Shown here piece after piece: positions 49,626 through 57,813 of a DNA stretch of 64,000 nucleotides. The notes under the pieces were generated by a model. The model was given only the letters and a program-made list of their open reading frames with translations, was not told where the DNA came from and made no database searches. Source of the DNA: an uncultured Clostridia bacterium (GTDB taxonomy: Bacteria; Bacillota_I; Bacilli_A; RF39; UBA660); assembly GCA_945871105.1 (NCBI GenBank), contig CAMBUO010000006.1, positions 7,452 through 71,451 of the forward strand, read 5' to 3'. Positions within the stretch are counted from its first letter, which is position 1; each line of letters opens with the position of its first letter. A program made the translations under genes and the position numbers.

Positions 49626-50680
49626 TATTCTCCATCCTTTCTATCAAATTGATTTAAAAATCTAATATCATTTCCATAAATGGTTCTAATATCGGGAATT
49701 CCATATTTAAACATAGCAAAACGATCCATTCCGGTACCAAAAGCAAACCCTTGATATTTTTTACTATCATATCCACTCATTTCTAATACATTAGGATGAA
49801 CCATACCAGCACCAAGTACTTCTATCCAACCAGTTTGCTTACATAAAGAACAGCCTTTTCCTCCACATTTAAAACAAGTTACATCAACTTCAACACTTGG
49901 TTCGGTAAAAGGAAAATAACTTGGTCGAAAACGAACATTGGTTTTTTCACCAAGAATTTTTTTACAAAATAATTCTAATGTTCCTTTTAAATCAGCCATA
50001 GAGACATTTTCATCGATTACTAATCCCTCTATTTGCATAAATTGATGTGAATGAGTAGCATCTTCATCTCTTCTGTATACTTTTCCAGGACATACTATTC
50101 TAATTGGTCCTTTTTCTTTGTTTTCTTCCATTGCTCTTACTTGAGCCGTTGATGTTTGACTTCTAATCAAAAAGTTTTCATATTCATCTTTTAAATAAAA
50201 AGTATCTTGAGCATCTCTAGCCGGATGACCTTTCGGAATATTTAATTTTTGAAAACAATTTTTATCACTTTCAATTTCCGGTCCATCATAGACAGTATAG
50301 CCCATAGAAACAAAGATATCTTCAAATTCATTTTGAATTCTTGTCATGGGATGAAGAGAACCTTTTTTAATCTTTTTACTAGGTAAAGTTATATCTATTT
50401 TTTCACTTGCTAACTTTTCTTCTAACTCTTTTCTTTCTATTTCTTTTAATAAAGTTTCCAATTTTAAAGAAACTTCATCCTTAATTTCATTTAAAAACTT
50501 TCCATATTCACGTTTTTCTTCATTAGGAATATCTTTCATTTTTAAACTTAAATTCGTAACTATTCCATTTTTACCTAAATATAAAGCTTTTAGATTGGCT
50601 AAATCATTTTTGGTTTTAATAACTTTTAATTCTTTTTCTAAAGATTCAATTATATTTTTTCTTTCTTGTTCTTTTTCCAT
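49625..50680 (-). CDS. pheS: phenylalanine--tRNA ligase alpha subunit
   Basis: HPARDAQDTFY, FPFTEPSVEVDV and GAGMVHPNVL. AGAGGTGGA SD lies before the ATG at 50680. Confidence 0.93.
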   Translation of the reverse strand: MEKEQERKNIIESLEKELKVIKTKNDLANLKALYLGKNGIVTNLSLKMKDIPNEEKREYGKFLNEIKDEVSLKLETLLKEIERKELEEKLASEKIDITLPSKKIKKGSLHPMTRIQNEFEDIFVSMGYTVYDGPEIESDKNCFQKLNIPKGHPARDAQDTFYLKDEYENFLIRSQTSTAQVRAMEENKEKGPIRIVCPGKVYRRDEDATHSHQFMQIEGLVIDENVSMADLKGTLELFCKKILGEKTNVRFRPSYFPFTEPSVEVDVTCFKCGGKGCSLCKQTGWIEVLGAGMVHPNVLEMSGYDSKKYQGFAFGTGMDRFAMFKYGIPDIRTIYGNDIRFLNQFDRKDGE

Positions 50681-51369
50681 TTTTTTCCACCTCTTAAAAA
50701 TAATTTTATATATTCTGCTATCTCTTTTTTTCTTTCTAATTCTAAACTATTACCTGATAATATTATATGTTCTCCATTTGTTATATAAGTTAAAGTTTTA
50801 TTTTTACTATTAATATTATCATATATTTCTTTAGCATTTTCTAAAGAAACTATTTTATCTTTATCACTTTGTATGATTAATACTTCATTATTGATTTCTT
50901 TTAAAATATCTTGATAAGTTTTAATTAATTTAACAAACTCTAAGAAAAAAGGAATCGAAGTATGAAATACTTGATTAAATACTTCTACATAATCTTTATA
51001 GTCTTTATTAGTTAAAATATTTATTTTAGTTTGATTAAAATTTAAATATTTAAAACTTGTATTTAGCAAGATAATTTTTTTAATTTCTGGATAATTATTA
51101 GCTAAAATAGTTGCTAAGACTCCACCTAATCCATGACCAATTACATATATATCTTTGAAACCATAGTCAATTAACTCCTGGATACTTTTTTTAGTAAAAT
51201 TAACCCATTCTTCGTATTTACCTATTTGATAATTAGCAAATAAGTAATGACCTGGTAAAGTATTAGTAAAAACTTTAAACCGATCATCTAATTCTAAATA
51301 ATTAGCTAAATATTCGTTATCATAAGTTGAACCAACAAAACCATGAATAATTAAAATAGCTTTTTTCAT
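50650..51369 (-). CDS. alpha/beta-hydrolase-fold protein (carboxylesterase-like) lacking the nucleophile serine
   Basis: ILIIHGFVGS (oxyanion-hole region), and Asp/His candidates in SDKDKIV and GEHII. The nucleophile-elbow position reads VIGHGLGG (G-H-G-L-G) instead of G-x-S-x-G. AAAGGAGGAG SD is present. Its 3' end overlaps pheS by 31 nt. Confidence 0.7.
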   Translation of the reverse strand: MKKAILIIHGFVGSTYDNEYLANYLELDDRFKVFTNTLPGHYLFANYQIGKYEEWVNFTKKSIQELIDYGFKDIYVIGHGLGGVLATILANNYPEIKKIILLNTSFKYLNFNQTKINILTNKDYKDYVEVFNQVFHTSIPFFLEFVKLIKTYQDILKEINNEVLIIQSDKDKIVSLENAKEIYDNINSKNKTLTYITNGEHIILSGNSLELERKKEIAEYIKLFLRGGKKWKKNKKEKI

Positions 51370-51390
51370 ACTCCTCCTTTACATATACAT

Positions 51391-51606
51391 AAAAAAGAAT
51401 GGTAAAGAAGTCAAAAGACGGTACCATTCTTAATTTTACTCTTAAATCTTAACGCGATTAACGATTTATCTTAAGAAGTGAATTCACTTAAATTCCTTAT
51501 TAGTTTACACCAACCACTAACTCTCTAAAAATTCCTATTAAGTTACTACTCTTCTCGCATCAATAATTACAAGCATAATTGTAACATTTAAGTTTTAAAA
51601 AGTAAA
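51391..51606 (-). promoter_or_regulatory. T-box leader (Phe specifier UUC) with promoter and terminator/antiterminator
   Basis: Minus strand TTTACT-17-TACAAT (51606-51578). Stem I elements are GATGCGAGAAGAGTA, AGAGAG and GGTTGGTG. The specifier loop is GAA-TTC-A, with TTC at 51482-51480. The T-box sequence AATGGTACCGTC and a 9-bp terminator AGAATGGTA...TACCATTCT followed by TTTTTT complete it. Confidence 0.85.
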
Positions 51607-51696
51607 CAGATTTATTATTTTTTGCAAAATAATTTTTTTACACAATCTAGATAAAGTAAATTATATTTGATATAATTATCTTTGGAGTGATGATTT

Positions 51697-52401
51697 ATGA
51701 AGCTATTAGTAAGTGATTTTGATGATACTTTTTATACTGATGATATCAATGTTTTAAAAAATATTACAGAATTAGAAAAATACAAAAAGAATAATTTATT
51801 TATGTTATCATCGGGTAGAAGTTTTAATTCTTTAAAAAAAATGTGTTTAAAATATAATATTCCTTATGATTATTTATCTTGTTGTGATGGATCTATTTTA
51901 TATGATAAAAACAATAATATTGTAGTTAAATATAGTTTAAATGAAAAAATATTAGAAGAATTTTTAAAATTACAAGAATTAGTTAATATTTTAACTATTC
52001 AATATTCCTATCCTGATGATTATTATGATACTTATTTAGATAATAATATCATTGGTTGTAATATTGTTGTTTTAAAAGAAATGATTAGTAATGAATTTTT
52101 AAGAAAATTTCATGAATTAGAAAAGAAATATCCAGATTTTGATTTTTTAGAATATACTCATGCAAATATAACTTATTTTTGTTTAAAGAATAAAGGTATT
52201 AATAAAAGTACAACTGTTTATTATTTAAAAGATTTATTAAATATTAATCAAAATGATATTTATACCATTGGTGATAATGATAACGATTATCCTATGTTAA
52301 AAGAATTTAAGGGTTATTATATTGGTAATCCTAATCAAGATATTAAAGATGTTTGTATAAAAGGATATAATCAAGTCTTTGAATTAATTAAAACTTTATA
52401 A
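51697..52401 (+). CDS. HAD-superfamily hydrolase, Cof-like (subfamily IIB) phosphatase
   Basis: Motif I LLVSDFDDTF, motif II SSGR and motif IV GDNDNDYPML. Confidence 0.8.
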   Translation: MKLLVSDFDDTFYTDDINVLKNITELEKYKKNNLFMLSSGRSFNSLKKMCLKYNIPYDYLSCCDGSILYDKNNNIVVKYSLNEKILEEFLKLQELVNILTIQYSYPDDYYDTYLDNNIIGCNIVVLKEMISNEFLRKFHELEKKYPDFDFLEYTHANITYFCLKNKGINKSTTVYYLKDLLNINQNDIYTIGDNDNDYPMLKEFKGYYIGNPNQDIKDVCIKGYNQVFELIKTL

Positions 52402-52421
52402 AAACAACCATAAGGTTGTTT
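52402..52421. terminator. bidirectional terminator between the HAD gene and thrS
   Basis: AAACAACC-ataa-GGTTGTTT, flanked by A- and T-runs. Confidence 0.65.
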
Positions 52422-54172
52422 TAATTTTTTTCCGTTATTTTTTCATTTATAAATTCTATAAATTCTTCTTTAGATAAAGTATTTGTTTCTTGACTTCCAA
52501 ATAAACGGTAACTTACAGTATTATCTTCTTTTTCTTTATCACCAAGAATAACTGTTATAGGAATTTTTTTAACTTGCGATTCACGCATTTTATAAGATAG
52601 TTTTTCATTACGATTATCTAAATTAACTCTTATATTATTACTTTGTAATAATTCTTTTAAAGAAGAAGCATATTCTAAATGAAAATCATTATTAACAGGA
52701 ATAATATTAACTTGAACTGGGGCAAGCCATAATGGGAAAGCTCCTTTTGTTTCTTCAATTATGAAAGCTGTAAAACGATCAAAGGTTCCAAAGATAGCTC
52801 GATGTAGAACAACTGGTACTTGTTTTTCACCTGATTTATCAATATAAGATAGATTAAATCTTCTTGGTAGAAGGAAATCTAATTGACAAGTTGATAAAGT
52901 TACTTCCGGTCCAACAGCTGGTTTTACTTCAACATCTAATTTTGGACCATAGAAAGCAGCTTCACCTATTGCTTCATGATATTCACATCCCAGTTCATTT
53001 AAAACTTCGCGAAGTTTATTTTCAGCTTCATTCCACATTTTATCATCATCAAAGTATTTTTCTTTGTCTTCTTTATCTCTTAAAGATAATCTAAAGGTAT
53101 AATTTTTAATACCAAAATCTTTATAAACATCTAGAATTAAGGAAACTACTTTTTTAAATTCATCACCAATTTGTTCAGGTGTTACAAATAAATGAGCATC
53201 ATTTTGGCACATACAACGAACTCTTTCAAGTCCTTTAACGGCACCACTCGCTTCATAACGAAAATCAGTAGCAAATTCGCCTATTCTAATTGGTAAATCA
53301 CGATAAGAATGAATTTCATTTCCATAAATTAACATATGATGAGGACAATTCATAGGACGTAAAACAAATTCTTCATCATCAACTTTCATTGATGGAAACA
53401 TATTTTCTTTATAATGATCCCAGTGTCCTGATGTTTTATACAAATCAACAGTTCCAACACATGGAGTGTAAACATGCAAGTATCCTAATTTTTGTTCTTT
53501 TTCATAGATATAGTTTTCTAATTGCTTACGAATAATTGCTCCATTTGGAAGCCATAAAGGCATACCTTTTCCAACTAAATCATGAGACATAAAAATATTT
53601 TGATCTTTACCAATTTTTCTATGATCTCTTTCTTTAGCTTCTTCTAATTCTTGTAAATAATCATTTAAATCATTTTCATCATAGAAAGCTACTCCATAAA
53701 TACGTTGTAACATTTTATTTTTAGAGTCCCCTTTATAATAAGCACCGCTGACTTTTAACAACTTAAAATGTTTTATTTCTTTTACACTTTCAACATGAGG
53801 TCCACGACAAAGATCAGTAAAATCTCCTTGGGTATAACAAGAAATAACTGTATCATCTTCCATATTATTAATTAAATCAATCTTGTATGGATCATCTTTA
53901 AATTTTTCTAAAGCTTCAGCTCTTGTTAATTCTTCTCGAATAATTCTTTTACCATCTTTAGAAATCTTTTTCATTTCCTTTTCAATACTAACTAAATCTT
54001 CATCATTTAATTTAATATCCCCTAAGTCAATATCATAGTAAAATCCTTCATTTATAACCGGTCCTACCCAAAATAAGGCATTGGGATACAAATGTTTTAC
54101 AGCTTGAGCTAATAAATGAGCCCCACTATGATTTAAAATACTTAATTTTTCATCTTCTTTAATTTTTTTCAT
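52421..54172 (-). CDS. thrS: threonine--tRNA ligase (no N-terminal TGS domain)
   Basis: [11 protein letters not shown] (editing-domain motif) starts at residue 15. [12 protein letters not shown] and [24 protein letters not shown] are also present. 583 aa. Confidence 0.92.
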   Translation of the reverse strand: MKKIKEDEKLSILNHSGAHLLAQAVKHLYPNALFWVGPVINEGFYYDIDLGDIKLNDEDLVSIEKEMKKISKDGKRIIREELTRAEALEKFKDDPYKIDLINNMEDDTVISCYTQGDFTDLCRGPHVESVKEIKHFKLLKVSGAYYKGDSKNKMLQRIYGVAFYDENDLNDYLQELEEAKERDHRKIGKDQNIFMSHDLVGKGMPLWLPNGAIIRKQLENYIYEKEQKLGYLHVYTPCVGTVDLYKTSGHWDHYKENMFPSMKVDDEEFVLRPMNCPHHMLIYGNEIHSYRDLPIRIGEFATDFRYEASGAVKGLERVRCMCQNDAHLFVTPEQIGDEFKKVVSLILDVYKDFGIKNYTFRLSLRDKEDKEKYFDDDKMWNEAENKLREVLNELGCEYHEAIGEAAFYGPKLDVEVKPAVGPEVTLSTCQLDFLLPRRFNLSYIDKSGEKQVPVVLHRAIFGTFDRFTAFIIEETKGAFPLWLAPVQVNIIPVNNDFHLEYASSLKELLQSNNIRVNLDNRNEKLSYKMRESQVKKIPITVILGDKEKEDNTVSYRLFGSQETNTLSKEEFIEFINEKITEKN

Positions 54173-54196
54173 ATATCCTTCTTTCTAAAATATGTT

Positions 54197-54425
54197 AAAA
54201 AAAAGAATGGTCCTTAAGGAGTCATAAGACGGTACCATCCTTTCTTTTACTTAATTTGATAACAGGTTTTACCTGGAAATCTCTTTCGAGTTCTATTCAT
54301 AGGTAGTAACTTATAAATCATTTATTAGTTTGCACCAACCACTAACTCTCTTAAAAATAAATTTATAAATCGTGTCCTAATCAACATATTTGTTTTTATT
54401 ATAGCATTGATTTTCTATTTGTCAA
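54197..54425 (-). promoter_or_regulatory. T-box leader (Thr specifier ACU) with promoter and terminator
   Basis: Minus strand TTGACA-16-TGcTATAAT (54425-54398). AGAGAG...GGTTGGTGCAA is nearly identical to the Phe leader. The specifier ACT-A is at 54307-54305. T-box GGATGGTACCGTC and terminator ...GGACCATTC followed by TTTTTTTT complete it. Confidence 0.85.
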
Positions 54426-55922
54426 CTACTTATCCATATTTTGAATAGCTTTAATACAACTATTAACATCATTAGCTCCAATAACATCAGCTATAAAAAT
54501 TAAAATAGTTGGTGTTAAATAAATTAAAACAGCTGCAATTGCTCTTTTACCAAATCTTTTCCAAGCATTTTTTATTCCATCTTTATCATCATTAAATACT
54601 ACTTTGGAAAAATCAATAGTTGTTAAAACTAATAAAATAATAGGAACAGCAATATAAATGATTTTAAATACATTTTTCTTTAAAAAGTTCATAAAGCCAC
54701 CTTCACCACCACCAAATAATTGTTCACAAGTAGCTTCGATTTCATTTAATGGTAAATTAACTAATGAATTTTTTTTACTAGATAGAATATACACGTTATA
54801 ACTTTTTGAGTCTTTAGGAACACTTGTAGCAAATAAATAATTCTTCGTGTTTTGCTCTTGAATAATATATAAAGGATATTGAGCAGTATCATGGCTTGCA
54901 AAATTTGAAGAATAATTAGAAGCATTAGAAATCGTAATAGCACCAACACTACCATTAAAACTTATCTTAAACCTTTCGGAAGCAACATCTGAATTGATGT
55001 ATGATACTTTGATAGTTGAACTACTACTTCCATTTATCAAAGTATATCCTACTCCATCGTCATCATCAACAGTACTACAATTACCATCCGTTATAATTCC
55101 CTCTTTTTTTTCATCTGCAGCTCCATAATAATCATAGCAATTTTTTATAGAAGCATATCCTTGGCAACTGACACTTCTTCCAGAAAGTCTATTATTTTCG
55201 TCTGTTATTGACGTTGGACAAACCGTTTTTTCCCAATTCATCAATTTTCTACCATCGTTAAAAAGATTTTCATATATATTAATTTGCTTATAAAATTTTA
55301 ATTCTAGTATTTTACCACAATTATTTTTATAATAACAGTATTGATATTTATTAGTAGATTGTTGAGGTGTTTCTACCTGACTCGAATGAGAACTATTCTG
55401 ATTCAAAGTAAATGTTTTGGTAGAAAAATCAGTTTTTTTCAAAAAAGTGCCATTATCACTTAAAATATCCAATTGTAATTCTGTCTGGGTTAAACCATTT
55501 TTTTCATCAATTTTTAATCCATTTTCTGAAAAGAAAACAATTGCTAAAGGAACGTTATCTACATAATTATGCCTTATATATTTTTCTAAAAGAGCATTTG
55601 ATGAAATAGCAATATATAATTGTTTAGGACAAGCAAGTGCACAATATTTTCCATCAGCATAACAAGTTCCAGGAACCGATTCATATTCTTCTTTATACTT
55701 AACAATAGAATTAGCTGGATATGTTTTTTTAATCTGCGAATTATACTTAATTGAATATTCAAATTGATTTTCACTAACTATTGTTGGATTATATGTCATG
55801 TATAAATTTACTTCTTCAGAACCATTTTTATAATTACATGTAAATTCTAAAGCTTTAACATTATAAACATTAAAAATAAGCATCGTAGATATTAATAAAA
55901 CAAAATATATATTTTTTCTCAT
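54426..55922 (-). CDS. hypothetical secreted Cys-rich protein with a C-terminal double-TM anchor
   Basis: Signal peptide MRKNIYFVLLISTMLIFNVYNVKA. About 19 Cys residues are scattered in the mature part. The C-terminus has two hydrophobic helices (IIYIAVPIILLVLTTI and AIAAVLIYLTPTILIFIADVI) separated by a basic loop. It overlaps the upstream gene by 4 nt. Confidence 0.6.
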   Translation of the reverse strand: MRKNIYFVLLISTMLIFNVYNVKALEFTCNYKNGSEEVNLYMTYNPTIVSENQFEYSIKYNSQIKKTYPANSIVKYKEEYESVPGTCYADGKYCALACPKQLYIAISSNALLEKYIRHNYVDNVPLAIVFFSENGLKIDEKNGLTQTELQLDILSDNGTFLKKTDFSTKTFTLNQNSSHSSQVETPQQSTNKYQYCYYKNNCGKILELKFYKQINIYENLFNDGRKLMNWEKTVCPTSITDENNRLSGRSVSCQGYASIKNCYDYYGAADEKKEGIITDGNCSTVDDDDGVGYTLINGSSSSTIKVSYINSDVASERFKISFNGSVGAITISNASNYSSNFASHDTAQYPLYIIQEQNTKNYLFATSVPKDSKSYNVYILSSKKNSLVNLPLNEIEATCEQLFGGGEGGFMNFLKKNVFKIIYIAVPIILLVLTTIDFSKVVFNDDKDGIKNAWKRFGKRAIAAVLIYLTPTILIFIADVIGANDVNSCIKAIQNMDK

Positions 55923-57208
55923 TCGAACTCCTTTAACACATCATTTAATTCATCTAAACCTTTTTCTTCTTTTTCTTGATTTTTATCAAACCAAATTGGT
56001 GTTTCATCATTAATTTTTATATTTGGTTTAGAATCATTGTTATTTATTATCTTTTTAAATTTCTTATGCTCTTTTTTACATACTTCCATAGCATCAACAA
56101 CCGTTTCTACTTTTAATCTTTTCCATTGACCAACAATGGTTTCAATATAATCTTTATTTAATTTTTTATTATTAACTTTTAAAACATAATCAATTAAAAC
56201 GTTGATAACACCAGGATTTAATTTCTGTTCTAACATCAAGTTTTCAATTAGTTTTTTATCTCTATTTGTTGGTTCTGTATTACCATAACTTTTTTTTAAA
56301 AAATCATAAGGACTAGTATTTTCAAAACTATAAATTACTCGAGCTAACTTTGAATCATTACCAAGAGGTGTTTTTAAATAATCGGGTTGCTTATTATAAA
56401 TTAAAGTAGGTAACCTACCATTATTTTCAAATTGATAATAATTACGACAACTATTTTTTAATTCATTTTTATCAATTAATCCTCTTTCATTTAAACAATT
56501 ACGAACTAATCCTTGCATATTTAAATTATCTATTTTATAAATATAAGCTAAATTAGTTATTAATTCTTTTATATCTTCTGTAAAGCACTTAGGACTTACT
56601 AACCTTTTAGGAATACTCGATATTAATAAATCCATATCAATATCACTTTTAACAATTATATTTCTTTTATTATCATTTACAATATCATGATTATCAAATA
56701 ATAAACTTTGATTAACTGATGATGTAAAAATATTTTCAAAAGACATTGTTATATCTTCATAATCTTTAACATTAATTCTTGGTACTTTATAATACTCTTG
56801 TAATTTTTCATATTCAACCGAACCAATATTATTATATAAAACAATATTTAAAATAGGATGATTAAAAAATTCATAAGCACTAATCGGTGAATATAAAACA
56901 TAAATATATTCATCAATTTCTCCTTGTTTTAAATAAGTTTTTAAAAGACCAATAGCTTCTAAACGATATCTAGCATCTTTTATACTTTCTAATTTTAATT
57001 GCATTAAAGTCATTAAATGATGATGATTTAATTCTAAACTAATACTTTTTTGATTTAAATCATTAAAAAGAGTTAAATATAAAGATGTTGCTTGAGAACC
57101 TATAATAGGTTGGTATAAACTAGTTAAAATCTTAATCTTATCATCAGTTATAATACCTTTATTATATATAATATATTTATCAGCTGGAGCTAAATCTATT
57201 TTTTGCAT
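55919..57208 (-). CDS. replication initiation and membrane attachment protein (B. subtilis DnaB/DnaD family; not the helicase)
   Basis: N-terminal LTSLYQPIIGSQATSLYLTLFNDL and C-terminal DnaD-like repeat NVLIDYVLKVNNKKLNKDYIETIVGQWKRLKVETVVDAMEV. Confidence 0.75.
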   Translation of the reverse strand: MQKIDLAPADKYIIYNKGIITDDKIKILTSLYQPIIGSQATSLYLTLFNDLNQKSISLELNHHHLMTLMQLKLESIKDARYRLEAIGLLKTYLKQGEIDEYIYVLYSPISAYEFFNHPILNIVLYNNIGSVEYEKLQEYYKVPRINVKDYEDITMSFENIFTSSVNQSLLFDNHDIVNDNKRNIIVKSDIDMDLLISSIPKRLVSPKCFTEDIKELITNLAYIYKIDNLNMQGLVRNCLNERGLIDKNELKNSCRNYYQFENNGRLPTLIYNKQPDYLKTPLGNDSKLARVIYSFENTSPYDFLKKSYGNTEPTNRDKKLIENLMLEQKLNPGVINVLIDYVLKVNNKKLNKDYIETIVGQWKRLKVETVVDAMEVCKKEHKKFKKIINNNDSKPNIKINDETPIWFDKNQEKEEKGLDELNDVLKEFE

Positions 57209-57239
57209 ACAATACCTCTTGTCTATTTATTATAACATA

Positions 57240-57767
57240 TTATCTTAAAAAAGCTTTAAAGATCCAAAGAGAAATCATTAAAATATCTAAAAAGAAAATT
57301 GATGAAAGAAATAAAGACATATAATTAGAAAATCCCATCGAAAATTGTAATTTCTCTGGTTTATTTACTAAAATTTGATCATAAGAATCATTAATATTAA
57401 AATCAAAGTTATCTGATAAATCATTAAAACTTTCTCTGATTTTTAACATTTCTTTTTTAGAAAAACCAATAAATGTAATAATTCGTCTTTCTTCATAATT
57501 AAAAGTATAAATATTTTTATTATTTTTTATTTCATATTTTTCTTCTTTTAATTTTAAATTACTTTGAATTTTCAAAATTATTTCTTTTAAATTAGTAAAG
57601 AATAAATCTTTATTTATTTTAACAAAAGTTTTATTAATAGAATCGAAGGAATAAGTAAGATTAAAACGAACGAGATTTTCTTCGTTATCAACTTCAATTA
57701 ATAACTGACTATCTTTTTCTTTTAATAAATATAAATCTAAAATACTTAATAAATAACTAATTGTCAT
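57240..57767 (-). CDS. hypothetical protein with C-terminal TM anchor (175 aa)
   Basis: ORF with a C-terminal hydrophobic segment (YMSLFLSSIFFLDILMISLWIF). No recognisable motif. Confidence 0.5.
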   Translation of the reverse strand: MTISYLLSILDLYLLKEKDSQLLIEVDNEENLVRFNLTYSFDSINKTFVKINKDLFFTNLKEIILKIQSNLKLKEEKYEIKNNKNIYTFNYEERRIITFIGFSKKEMLKIRESFNDLSDNFDFNINDSYDQILVNKPEKLQFSMGFSNYMSLFLSSIFFLDILMISLWIFKAFLR

Positions 57768-57813
57768 ATTCCCTCCTATTCTATTATTAATATACCATAT
57801 TTTTTCTTAATTA

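Noticed and set aside
51505-54352. A 26-nt repeat, TTAGTTT(A/G)CACCAACCACTAACTCTC, at 51505-51530 and 54327-54352, which looks like a dispersed repeat or mobile-element end.
   Set aside because: Both copies are the conserved Stem I distal region (AGAGAG...GGTTGGTG) of the two T-box leaders. This is shared riboswitch architecture, not a mobile repeat.
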